DNA from: Lacibacter sp.
GTDB taxonomy: Bacteria; Bacteroidota; Bacteroidia; Chitinophagales; Chitinophagaceae
NCBI GenBank assembly: GCA_047601965.1
Contig: JASGIJ010000001.1
Coordinates: forward strand, 3,064,360-3,128,359
Reading direction: 5' to 3'
Length of the DNA: 64,000 nucleotides
This document shows positions 9,455-17,608 of the stretch, piece after piece. Positions within the stretch are counted from its first letter, which is position 1; every line of letters starts with the position of its first letter. The position numbers were made by a program, and so were the translations under genes. The notes under the pieces are model-generated. The model did not search any database and was not told the DNA's origin. It saw only the letters and a list, made by a program, of their open reading frames with translations.

Positions 9455-10630
9455 TCAGGGTAATACAATCAGTTTCCGCCCTTCAATGCGGAAATGAATA
9501 TTACTTATCTCCAGCACTCTCAGAAATTCTGAAAGATTGGTATTTCTTGAAATATCTGCTGTAAACGTCCTGTTGGGAACAGGACCTGCATATTCCACAT
9601 CCACATCATACCATTTGCTTACCTGCCTCATAATAGATTCCAGATCTGCATTGGTAAAAGCAATACGTCCGTTTTTCCAGGAAAGTACCTCTTCAATATC
9701 AGCATGTTCTTTAATCCGTAAACTACCGGCACCTGATACCTGTGCCTGCTGACCTGGTTTTAACATGCCGGCAGTTTTTCCCTTACTGATGCGTACGCTC
9801 CCTTCGATGAGTGTGGTATTAATGGTTGATTCGTCTTTATATGCGTTTACGTTGAAGTGTGTTCCCAACACCTGTACCTGCATATCACCACTACGAACAA
9901 CAAATGGTTTCTCTTTATTTCTTGCTACTTCAAAATATACTTCGCCGGTAATTTCAACCGGACGTTCAGCCCCGTTAAAAACAATTGGAAAACGAATCGA
10001 AGAAGATGCATTCAGCCAAACTTTTGTACCATCTTCCAATGTTATCTGAAATTGCCTCCCCCGTGGTGTTTCAATGGTATTATAACCTGTTGCAATTTTT
10101 CCTGAACCATCTTTTACATAGCTGAGCTGTGCACCATCTTTCATAGCAACGGCATTACCCTGCTGCGACAAAATACCATCATGGGCACTGTCGAGTACAA
10201 TGGAAGATCCATCAGCCAAACGAAGTATGGCCCCGTTTTGTCCGGGAGCAATATCTGTTTGTTTAACCTTTCCTTTACCTGCAACTGAAGCGGTGTTATT
10301 TTTTGGTTGAAAGAAATAGAAAACCGAAAGAAATAAAAGCGAAGCAACTGCTGCTGCTGCAGACAACCTGCGGAACATTGCTGTTCTGTACCAGGGTATA
10401 ACAGGAACTGCGGGGCGTTGCTGAAGAATAAACTGCAGCATACGTTCGGCCTGCTCATCGCCGAGGCGTGCAGTGCGGCTCAGTTCTTCCCATTGATTGC
10501 CTAACTGATTTTTGATTTCTTTCTCGTATTCACCTGTATGAATGACAGCATACAATTCCTGCTCTTCTGCCGAAGAGGCCAGGCGGGATAAATAAAGATC
10601 CAGTAAGTATTGCAATCGTTCGCTTGTCAT
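9455..10630 (-). CDS. FecR family anti-sigma factor / transmembrane sensor
   Basis: 391-aa ORF with one central TM segment (AAAAVASLLFLSVFYFF) and a FecR-type periplasmic domain. It sits between the ECF sigma and the STN-SusC gene. Confidence 0.9.
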   Translation of the reverse strand: MTSERLQYLLDLYLSRLASSAEEQELYAVIHTGEYEKEIKNQLGNQWEELSRTARLGDEQAERMLQFILQQRPAVPVIPWYRTAMFRRLSAAAAVASLLFLSVFYFFQPKNNTASVAGKGKVKQTDIAPGQNGAILRLADGSSIVLDSAHDGILSQQGNAVAMKDGAQLSYVKDGSGKIATGYNTIETPRGRQFQITLEDGTKVWLNASSSIRFPIVFNGAERPVEITGEVYFEVARNKEKPFVVRSGDMQVQVLGTHFNVNAYKDESTINTTLIEGSVRISKGKTAGMLKPGQQAQVSGAGSLRIKEHADIEEVLSWKNGRIAFTNADLESIMRQVSKWYDVDVEYAGPVPNRTFTADISRNTNLSEFLRVLEISNIHFRIEGRKLIVLP

Positions 10631-10700
10631 GGCTTAACGGGTAAAAAGGAATACCCCGTACTAAGCAGACAACCGGAAAGGAAAAAAGGATTAGATGTTT

Positions 10701-11300
10701 TTAAAATAATTTTTTGAGCAGGAAAAGAACAAACACCCCTGCTGCCGAATACCTGTCCATCAGCTGGCGGATTTTGCGTAATGCATTGGCAAGATGAACC
10801 TTTACGGTGTTCTCTGAAATATTGAGTGCAGAGGCAATTTCTTCATTGCGAAGCCCCTGCTCTTTGTTCATGCGGTACACCTGTTGTTCCTTGGCTGTAA
10901 GTTGTGTTGCTGCCTGTCGCACTTTCAGTAACAGATCCCGGTCATCAATGCGTTGCTCAATGGATACCAGCATGCCCTCTTCTATTTCACGTTGCAGTTC
11001 AACAATGCATTTTTCGCCGGCTGTTTTTTTGAGCTGGTTAAAGCAAAGATTTTTGGTGATGGTAATAATCCACGCTTCGGCATTTTCCACCTCGGCCATC
11101 TGTTCACGGTACAACCATAGTTTGAGAAAAACTTCCTGTGTAATTTCTTCGGCCTGGTAAACCGACCGTGTGATTTTTAATGAAAACGCATATACTTTAT
11201 TCCTGTATCTCGAAAACAAAACACGGAACGAATCTGCATTGCCCGATGCAATGCCCTGCAGCAGTTCATAATCGTTGGTATATGGCAAAGACGAACGCAT
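10701..11300 (-). CDS. ECF (sigma-70 family) RNA polymerase sigma factor
   Basis: Contains region 2 (YRNKVYAFSLKITRS...AEEITQEVFLKLW) and the region 4 HTH (NEEIASALNISENTVKVHL). The ATG at 11300 is preferred over the TTG at 11312. Confidence 0.9.
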   Translation of the reverse strand: MRSSLPYTNDYELLQGIASGNADSFRVLFSRYRNKVYAFSLKITRSVYQAEEITQEVFLKLWLYREQMAEVENAEAWIITITKNLCFNQLKKTAGEKCIVELQREIEEGMLVSIEQRIDDRDLLLKVRQAATQLTAKEQQVYRMNKEQGLRNEEIASALNISENTVKVHLANALRKIRQLMDRYSAAGVFVLFLLKKLF

Positions 11301-11449
11301 TGTAAGCAGCAATCTCTTTTTTTCCTGAAGCAGTTTAGTGAATTAACAGAACAAGTCTAATCACAATTTTGAAAATTGTACCCGTGCTTTCATTTCTTTA
11401 TTTACGCAATCGTTCCCGTGTTTCCTGCTTTACAATATCTTTACCCGTT

Positions 11450-11917
11450 ATGTACAAACAGCATCTCACTAAGGAACAGGCACATCAAAAAGCTAAACAC
11501 TATTGTGCATACCAGGAGCGTTGCCACAGTGAAGTAAAAGAAAAGCTGTATGGTTTCGGCCTGCGTAAAAGTGAAGTGGAAGAGCTATTGTCGAAACTGA
11601 TTGAAGAAGATTATCTCAATGAAGAACGGTTTGCAGTTCAATTTACCGGGGGCCGCTTTCGGATGAAACAATGGGGACGGGTAAAAATAAAATACGAACT
11701 CAAACAAAAACAGGTAAGTGAATACATCATCCGTAAAGCATTAAAAACAATTGATGAAGATGATTACCTCACTACACTTCAAAAATTATTTAACCAAAAG
11801 TTGCAACAACTTTCTTCCGAAAAAAACATTTTCATCAAAAAACGAAAACTGCGGGACTATTTGTTGCAAAAAGGATATGAAACCCCTTTGATTACCGAAC
11901 TTTTAAAAAACAAATAA
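11450..11917 (+). CDS. recX: RecX family regulatory protein
   Basis: The reading from the ATG at 11450 (MYKQHLTKEQAHQKAKHYCAYQERCHSEVKEKL...) shows the typical RecX three-repeat helical pattern. The upstream extension of the tracked ORF (11369) looks non-coding. Confidence 0.8.
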   Translation: MYKQHLTKEQAHQKAKHYCAYQERCHSEVKEKLYGFGLRKSEVEELLSKLIEEDYLNEERFAVQFTGGRFRMKQWGRVKIKYELKQKQVSEYIIRKALKTIDEDDYLTTLQKLFNQKLQQLSSEKNIFIKKRKLRDYLLQKGYETPLITELLKNK

Positions 11918-12014
11918 TCAATCTCTCTTTTTACGCCATTCTATTAAAAACAAAATCATTCACACGCAGGGTTTGAAGCCCCTCCTTTGGAGGGGTTGGG
12001 GAGGTCTGAGAAAA

Positions 12015-12077
12015 CTGCAGGGTTATTTATTGCAAAAAGGATATGAATTTAATTTAATTGCCGAATTGCTTAAATAA
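12015..12077 (+). repeat. degenerate second copy of the recX 3' end
   Basis: 12011-12077 aligns with 11845-11917 at roughly three quarters identity. It would read LQGYLLQKGYEFNLIAELLK*, compared with LRDYLLQKGYETPLITELLKNK* in recX. Confidence 0.6.
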
Positions 12078-12150
12078 CCTTCTGGCTAAAATACCCTCCA
12101 TACGGTACTTCTGCTTATCAGCATCTTTCTATTTTGCAAAAAATAATAAC

Positions 12151-12867
12151 ATGAAAAAAATGCTGCTTTTACTAACTGCCTGTATTACTCTTGCAGGAGT
12201 TTCTGCGCAAAAGAAAAAAAACATCAGTGGCTCTGCCATGTATGCAGGCGTTTCTTATTCCATGCCCCACCGGCCCGGCTTTGAAAAATATATAGCTGTA
12301 GTGAGCGACTCCCTGCACCTGTCCTCTTCACTCAACACAACAAAAAGCATTGGCTTTCATGCAGGCTATCTTGGCCGTAATGGCAACAATGAAATTGAAG
12401 CAGGCATTGCTCTTTTTAAAAGTTTTAAAATAGAAGAAACAAGCACCACAAACAGTGCTGTTTCATCATTAACCGGAACAAACATTGATGTTCATTTTGG
12501 TTACAACCATTACACCGGCCCGCTCTTGCTTGGTTTTGATTTGGGTGTTATAAACAATTCTGCAAAGCTGAACATGGGCGGCATATCAAATACTAATGCA
12601 TTTGAAGCATCGCCCGAAAGCAGTAATCCGTTTAAGGGCTATAGTTTTTTTCTTCGACCAAAAGCAGGTTTCTTCTTTCCGTTCAAAGAAGCAGAAGGCA
12701 ATACAGGTATTCGCCTAAATGCATATTATGACCTCGGATTTACAAAATATAATTTTTACGATAACGACTTAATCAACAAACGCCTGAAAAACTATACCGG
12801 CGAAAAAAAATCGGGGTACAACAGCCTGGGAGTTGAATTAATATTGGTTCTTGGTCTCCACGATTAA
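12151..12867 (+). CDS. hypothetical exported protein (possible outer-membrane beta-barrel)
   Basis: The ATG at 12151 gives the signal peptide MKKMLLLLTACITLAGVSAQ. The sequence is Gly/Tyr/Asn-rich with alternating hydrophobic stretches. No recognisable motif. Confidence 0.55.
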   Translation: MKKMLLLLTACITLAGVSAQKKKNISGSAMYAGVSYSMPHRPGFEKYIAVVSDSLHLSSSLNTTKSIGFHAGYLGRNGNNEIEAGIALFKSFKIEETSTTNSAVSSLTGTNIDVHFGYNHYTGPLLLGFDLGVINNSAKLNMGGISNTNAFEASPESSNPFKGYSFFLRPKAGFFFPFKEAEGNTGIRLNAYYDLGFTKYNFYDNDLINKRLKNYTGEKKSGYNSLGVELILVLGLHD

Positions 12868-12878
12868 CAAAAAAAATT

Positions 12879-12926
12879 CATCAACCGTTTTAATTGTCGT
12901 AAACAGGCAATCAAAAACGGTTGATG
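12879..12926 (+). terminator. long hairpin downstream of 12151-12867
   Basis: catcaaccgttt ... aaacggttgatg gives a 12-bp stem with a 24-nt partly paired loop. There is no clear T tract. Confidence 0.35.
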
Positions 12927-13225
12927 CTTCATAAAAATCTCAACCACCGCTCCCACATATATCCTCCGTATCCCCTTCAGGGGTAGTTCAGAGTAAAAGC
13001 GTTCAGCATAAGCAAAACAGGCATATAGTTTTCCTGCTCATCCCATACAAAAAGCTGATTAAAGCATAGAGAAAGCATCAGGCAAGCCATCCATACAGAT
13101 AAACAGAAGCAGGCAAATACAGCATTTCCGGCATCAGAATCAATATCAACAAAATTTCTTCGACAAAATTTTTACTGTAAATCAATTGATTGCAAAAGTG
13201 CGATAAAAAATAATGCACTTTTTCT

Positions 13226-13257
13226 TTGGTTATTCACCCTTGTCGTGGCTACCTTTG
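13226..13257 (+). promoter_or_regulatory. candidate Bacteroidota promoter of the rplM-rpsI operon
   Basis: TTG at 13226-13228, a 21-nt spacer, then TACCTTTG at 13250-13257 (TAnnTTTG). It lies about 70 nt upstream of the rplM ATG. Confidence 0.35.
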
Positions 13258-13324
13258 CGACCCCGTTGCTAAAAACGGCTATTTTCAACAAATCCACGGG
13301 ATGGCGTGGTAAAAATTAAACAAA

Positions 13325-13768
13325 ATGAGTAAACTACATTTCACTACCAAACATGCGAACGAGGCTACCGTACAGCGTAACTGGTACGTTGTTGACGGCA
13401 CCAATCAAACCGTTGGTCGTATGTGTGCTAAAATTGCTGCGGTACTCCGTGGTAAAAACAAAGCTTATTACACTCCCCACGTTGACTGTGGCGATTATGT
13501 AATTGTTATTAATGCCGATAAGGTAAAATTTACCGGAACTAAAGTTGAGTACAAAGAATACCAGCATTTTACCGGCTACCCCGGCGGTCAGAAAATTGAA
13601 ATTGCAAAAGATCTTTTGCGCCGTCGTCCTGAAGTGGTTGTTGAACGTGCAGTAAAAGGCATGTTACCCAAAAACCGTTTGGGCCGCAAAATGTACAAGA
13701 AGTTGTTTGTATATGCAGGCGATAAACATGCACACATTGCACAACAACCAAAAGAACTTAAGTTCTGA
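13325..13768 (+). CDS. rplM: 50S ribosomal protein L13
   Basis: 147 aa: ...WYVVDGTNQTVGRMCAKIAAVLRGKNK..YTPHVDCGDYVIVINA... This is the canonical L13 sequence. Confidence 0.97.
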   Translation: MSKLHFTTKHANEATVQRNWYVVDGTNQTVGRMCAKIAAVLRGKNKAYYTPHVDCGDYVIVINADKVKFTGTKVEYKEYQHFTGYPGGQKIEIAKDLLRRRPEVVVERAVKGMLPKNRLGRKMYKKLFVYAGDKHAHIAQQPKELKF

Positions 13769-13807
13769 TCATCCACATTCAATTAAAAAATTCCAAATAA
13801 AATATAA

Positions 13808-14197
13808 ATGGAAAAGCAAAAAAATGCAGTTGGTCGCCGTAAAGAAGCCATTACCCGTGTATTCATCAGCAAGGGCAGCGGTAACATTACAGTGAACGAC
13901 AAAAACTACAAAGATTATTTTACACTGGTTTACTTGCAAAACCAGGTAGAAGCTCCGTTAAAAACAACTGAAGCTTTAGACAAGTTTGATATTAAAATAA
14001 GTGCAACAGGTGGTGGCATTAAAGGTCAGGCCGAAGCTGTAAAGCTGGGTATTGCACGTGCACTTATTGAGGTGAATGCTGAATATCGTCCTGCATTAAA
14101 AGCAGCAGGTTTATTAAAGCGTGATCCACGTAGTGTTGAACGTAAGAAATTTGGTAAGAAGAAAGCCCGCAGAAGCTACCAGTTCTCTAAACGTTAA
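13808..14197 (+). CDS. rpsI: 30S ribosomal protein S9
   Basis: 129 aa with GRRKEAITRV and the C-terminal KKARRSYQFSKR. Confidence 0.97.
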   Translation: MEKQKNAVGRRKEAITRVFISKGSGNITVNDKNYKDYFTLVYLQNQVEAPLKTTEALDKFDIKISATGGGIKGQAEAVKLGIARALIEVNAEYRPALKAAGLLKRDPRSVERKKFGKKKARRSYQFSKR

Positions 14198-14266
14198 TCC
14201 AACACTCACCGGCCTGAAACCGGTGAGGCTGATCAAACAATATTTAAAAACGATTATACAAATACA

Positions 14267-15148
14267 ATGGAAAATAACACTTCATTACAACAGCAATTAC
14301 TCGAAGCAGGTGTGCATTTCGGTCACCTGAAAAAGAAGTGGAACCCCAAGATGTTGCCTTACATCTTTGCTGAAAAGAAAGGCATTCACATCATTGATCT
14401 TAACAAAACGGTAGAGGGCCTGCAGGAAACTGCAGCCGCTATGAAGCAACTGGCACGCAGCGGTAAAAAAATCATGTTTGTTGCTACAAAAAAGCAGGCA
14501 AAAGAAATTGTTACTGAATGTGCACAGAAAGTAAACATGCCTTACGTTACCGACCGCTGGCTGGGAGGTATGCTTACCAACTTCAACACCGTTCGTAAGA
14601 GCGTAAAGAAAATGCAGAGCATTGAAAAAATGCTGAACGATGGTTCTTTTGACAGCATTACCAAGAAAGAGCGTTTACAGCTTTCACGTGATAAAGACAA
14701 AATGGAAAAAGTACTGGGCGGTATTGCTAACATGAGCCGCATCCCTGCTGCTTTGTTCCTTGTTGATATTGGCCATGAGCATATTGCTCTTGCTGAAGCA
14801 AAACGTTTAGGCGTAACTACTTTTGGTGTTGTTGATACCAACTGCGATCCGAATAAAGTTGATTACTTTATTCCTGCAAATGATGATGCAACAAAGTCAA
14901 TTGCTATTATTACTGAATACATCACTGCTGCAATTGCTGAAGGCTTGGCTGAACGCCAGGTTGAAAAAGAAGAAGAAGAAGCGGAAGAAGTGGTAGAACG
15001 TGGGCCAAAATTTGAAGAAGGTGGCGAAGATGGCAAAGATCGTGGCAACCGTGGTGGTGGTCGTGGTCGTGGTGGTAACACCGGCGGCGGAGCAGGTGGT
15101 CCGAAGCGTCGTGTACCAAGCACACAAAAACGTACTTCATCAAGATAA
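14267..15148 (+). CDS. rpsB: 30S ribosomal protein S2 with acidic then RGG-rich C-terminal tail
   Basis: LLEAGVHFGHLKKKWNPKM and the full S2 core. The last ~60 aa read EKEEEEAEEVV...GNRGGGRGRGGNTGGGAGGPKRR. Confidence 0.95.
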   Translation: MENNTSLQQQLLEAGVHFGHLKKKWNPKMLPYIFAEKKGIHIIDLNKTVEGLQETAAAMKQLARSGKKIMFVATKKQAKEIVTECAQKVNMPYVTDRWLGGMLTNFNTVRKSVKKMQSIEKMLNDGSFDSITKKERLQLSRDKDKMEKVLGGIANMSRIPAALFLVDIGHEHIALAEAKRLGVTTFGVVDTNCDPNKVDYFIPANDDATKSIAIITEYITAAIAEGLAERQVEKEEEEAEEVVERGPKFEEGGEDGKDRGNRGGGRGRGGNTGGGAGGPKRRVPSTQKRTSSR

Positions 15149-15210
15149 GTGAAGCAGGAAGTAAGTGCTGTGAAGTAAAAGAAAACTTCAGTTATTAAAA
15201 TAACAAAAAC

Positions 15211-15261
15211 GAAAATGCTTCCTGCTTAAGTTGTTTTAAAACTTTTGCAGGAAGCATTTTC
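15211..15261 (+). promoter_or_regulatory. strong hairpin in the rpsB-tsf spacer
   Basis: gaaaatgcttcctgc / gcaggaagcattttc form a perfect 15-bp stem, with an inner aagtt/aactt extension. An upstream segment gaagcaggaag (15151-15161) can alternatively pair with cttcctgcttc in the 5' arm. Confidence 0.4.
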
Positions 15262-15312
15262 CCTGTCTGACAAAGGCGGGAAATTTTCAAATTCAAAAAT
15301 TTTCAAATTAAT

Positions 15313-16149
15313 ATGTCAACCGTAACAATAAGTGCACAGGATATTAATAAGCTGCGCCAGGCAACAGGCGCTGGTATGATGGATTGCCGTAAAGCTTTAA
15401 CAGAAACTAACGGCGATTTTGAAGCAGCAATTGACTGGTTACGTAAACAAGGCCAGAAAGTTGCCGCAAAACGCAGCGACCGTGAAGCGAAAGAAGGTGT
15501 TGTAATTGCTCAAACAAGTGCAGACAACAAAGTTGGATTTGTAGTATGTGTAAGCTGTGAAACTGATTTCGTAAGTAAAAACGCTGACTTTGTTGCTTTT
15601 GCAAAATCAATTGCTGATGCTGCAGTAGCTAATAATGTAAAAAATATTGATGAACTGAATGCAGCCGAAGTAAATGGCGCTAAAGTTGCTGACCTGGTTA
15701 ATGATAAACTCGCAGCTATTGGCGAAAAAATCGGCATCAGTAAGTTTGATCGTATTGAAGCTGCTTTCGTTGCTTCTTACATTCACGGAGCAAACCGTAT
15801 GGGTGTATTGGTTGGCTTAGATAAGGATGCTGCTGAAGCTGGCAAAGACGTAGCAATGCAGATTGCTGCCATGAACCCTGTTGCAGTTGATGCAGAAAGC
15901 GTGCCTGCTGAAATTGTAGCCCGTGAAAAAGACATCATTATTGAAGTAATGAAGCAGGATCCTAAAATGGCTGGCAAGCCCGATGAAATGATTGCTAAAA
16001 TTGCTGAAGGTAAAATGAATGCTTTCTTTAAAGAGCAAACATTACTGGCACAGGCATTTGTAAAAGACGGATCGAAGAGTGTTGCTGACTACCTGAAATC
16101 TGCAGGTGATGTGAAAGTAACAGGTTTCAAACGTGTTGCATTAGGATAA
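15313..16149 (+). CDS. tsf: translation elongation factor Ts
   Basis: 278 aa. The N-terminal UBA-like region LRQATGAGMMDCRKALTETNGDFEAAIDWLRKQG is typical of EF-Ts. Confidence 0.95.
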   Translation: MSTVTISAQDINKLRQATGAGMMDCRKALTETNGDFEAAIDWLRKQGQKVAAKRSDREAKEGVVIAQTSADNKVGFVVCVSCETDFVSKNADFVAFAKSIADAAVANNVKNIDELNAAEVNGAKVADLVNDKLAAIGEKIGISKFDRIEAAFVASYIHGANRMGVLVGLDKDAAEAGKDVAMQIAAMNPVAVDAESVPAEIVAREKDIIIEVMKQDPKMAGKPDEMIAKIAEGKMNAFFKEQTLLAQAFVKDGSKSVADYLKSAGDVKVTGFKRVALG

Positions 16150-16172
16150 GAACAATTTATCTTCTGATAAAT

Positions 16173-16206
16173 AAAACGGCTGCATGATTATGCAGCCGTT
16201 TTTTGT
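16173..16206 (+). terminator. rho-independent terminator after tsf
   Basis: aacggctgca-tgatta-tgcagccgtt gives a 10-bp stem followed by a T run. Confidence 0.75.
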
Positions 16207-16286
16207 TAGAGAAATTCATTTATTTCTACAAATTCTTTTAGTGTGTAATTCTTATATTCGCAAAACTCAAAACCCAAATCAACGCA

Positions 16287-16916
16287 TTGTTACAGCCAGT
16301 TTACGACATTGATCTGTCCCGTATCAGCAATAAGGAAATTGTATCATTTATACATAATCATAAGCTTTACAGGCTTGACGATTTTGCATCGCTGAAATGC
16401 TTTTGTAAAGAAAAAGATGAAACCAATGGCTTTCGTCATCATGTAAAAACTTTTTTTATCAATCAGCCTGTTCAGAAAGTTTGGGAAGCGTATAAAACAA
16501 CTCCGCCCAAACAGGCCTGGTGCGGAAATATGCTTGAATTTGGATTACAGTATTGCCGTAACCAGAATAAGTTCTCTTATATTGATGATGAATACAAAGA
16601 GGCTTCTGTTGGCCAGATTATTCTTATAAGAGTAAAGGTTTTTGGGGGGCTGGCAAAAATTGCAGTTGGCCATGAAATAACGGCAATAAACAATGAAGAA
16701 AACTACCTGGAAACTTCTTACCTCATGAAAGGAAAATCTGTCGGTTCGCAACGGGTTTACCTGGAAGATGATAAAAACGGGAATACAAAAATCACACATC
16801 ACACTATTTACAAGAGCAATTCACGTTTCAGGGATAAATTTTTGTACCCTTTTCTTCATACAAAAGCAATAACTGAATTTCATCAAAACATCTGGAAGCG
16901 GTTGAACAAAAACTAA
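16287..16916 (+). CDS. hypothetical protein (possibly SRPBCC/START-like fold)
   Basis: 209-aa ORF with a TTG start and protein-like composition. No diagnostic motif; the fold suggestion is only a guess. Confidence 0.55.
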   Translation: MLQPVYDIDLSRISNKEIVSFIHNHKLYRLDDFASLKCFCKEKDETNGFRHHVKTFFINQPVQKVWEAYKTTPPKQAWCGNMLEFGLQYCRNQNKFSYIDDEYKEASVGQIILIRVKVFGGLAKIAVGHEITAINNEENYLETSYLMKGKSVGSQRVYLEDDKNGNTKITHHTIYKSNSRFRDKFLYPFLHTKAITEFHQNIWKRLNKN

Positions 16917-16989
16917 GCTGAGAATTAAAAAAATCTGAGTTTCAGTAAAAACAAAGCAGTTAATCCTGTTTGCATAATTTTGCTGCGCA

Positions 16990-17565
16990 ATGGAACAAAA
17001 GAAAAATAAACTGCTCATTATTACAGCACCTTCAGGCGCAGGCAAAACATCAGTTACCAAACATTTAATGAAATGCTTTCCCCGGCTTGCTTTTTCTATT
17101 TCGGCTGCAACAAGGCAACCCAGGGCAAATGAAAAAGATGGTGTGGATTATCATTTCATCAGCGTTGAAGATTTTCAGCAAAAAATCAGGAATAATGAAT
17201 TTGTTGAATGGGAAATGGTGTATGAAGGAAAATATTACGGCACATTAAAAAGCGAAATACAGCGCATCTGGGACAAAGGTGAAACTCCCATTCTTGATAT
17301 TGACGTAAAAGGCGCAATTCACGTGCAGGGGCTTTATCCTTCACAAACACTTTCCATTTTTATTGAACCACCTTCAACAGAAGAATTAAAACGAAGACTG
17401 CTGAGCAGAGGGACAGAAACTGCTGAAACCCTCGAAGCCCGTGTGAACAAAGCTGCTTATGAAATTTCATTCAAGCATTCATTTACCAGAGTAATTGTAA
17501 ATGACGAACTGAAAAAAGCCTGTGACGAAGCAGAACAGGTTGTTGGTGCATTTCTTGCCTCATAG
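16990..17565 (+). CDS. gmk: guanylate kinase
   Basis: P-loop APSGAGKTS, then ..SISATTRQPR..E.DGVDYHF. 191 aa. Confidence 0.93.
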   Translation: MEQKKNKLLIITAPSGAGKTSVTKHLMKCFPRLAFSISAATRQPRANEKDGVDYHFISVEDFQQKIRNNEFVEWEMVYEGKYYGTLKSEIQRIWDKGETPILDIDVKGAIHVQGLYPSQTLSIFIEPPSTEELKRRLLSRGTETAETLEARVNKAAYEISFKHSFTRVIVNDELKKACDEAEQVVGAFLAS

Positions 17566-17608
17566 GAAAGCAGTTGGAGATTCATTACAAATCCATTAGT
17601 TTAGATAT

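Noticed and set aside
11369-12150. N-terminal extensions of recX (from 11369) and of the exported protein (from 12058)
   Set aside because: The extensions precede better starts: MYKQHL for RecX, and MKKMLLLL with a signal peptide for the exported protein. The second extension also runs through the recX-remnant repeat.
12930-13225. Possible sRNA or riboswitch in the ~390-nt non-coding region upstream of rplM
   Set aside because: I could find only one short GC hairpin (ccccttcagggg, 12974-12985) and no recognisable riboswitch or r-protein leader fold by eye. The evidence is insufficient to call anything.
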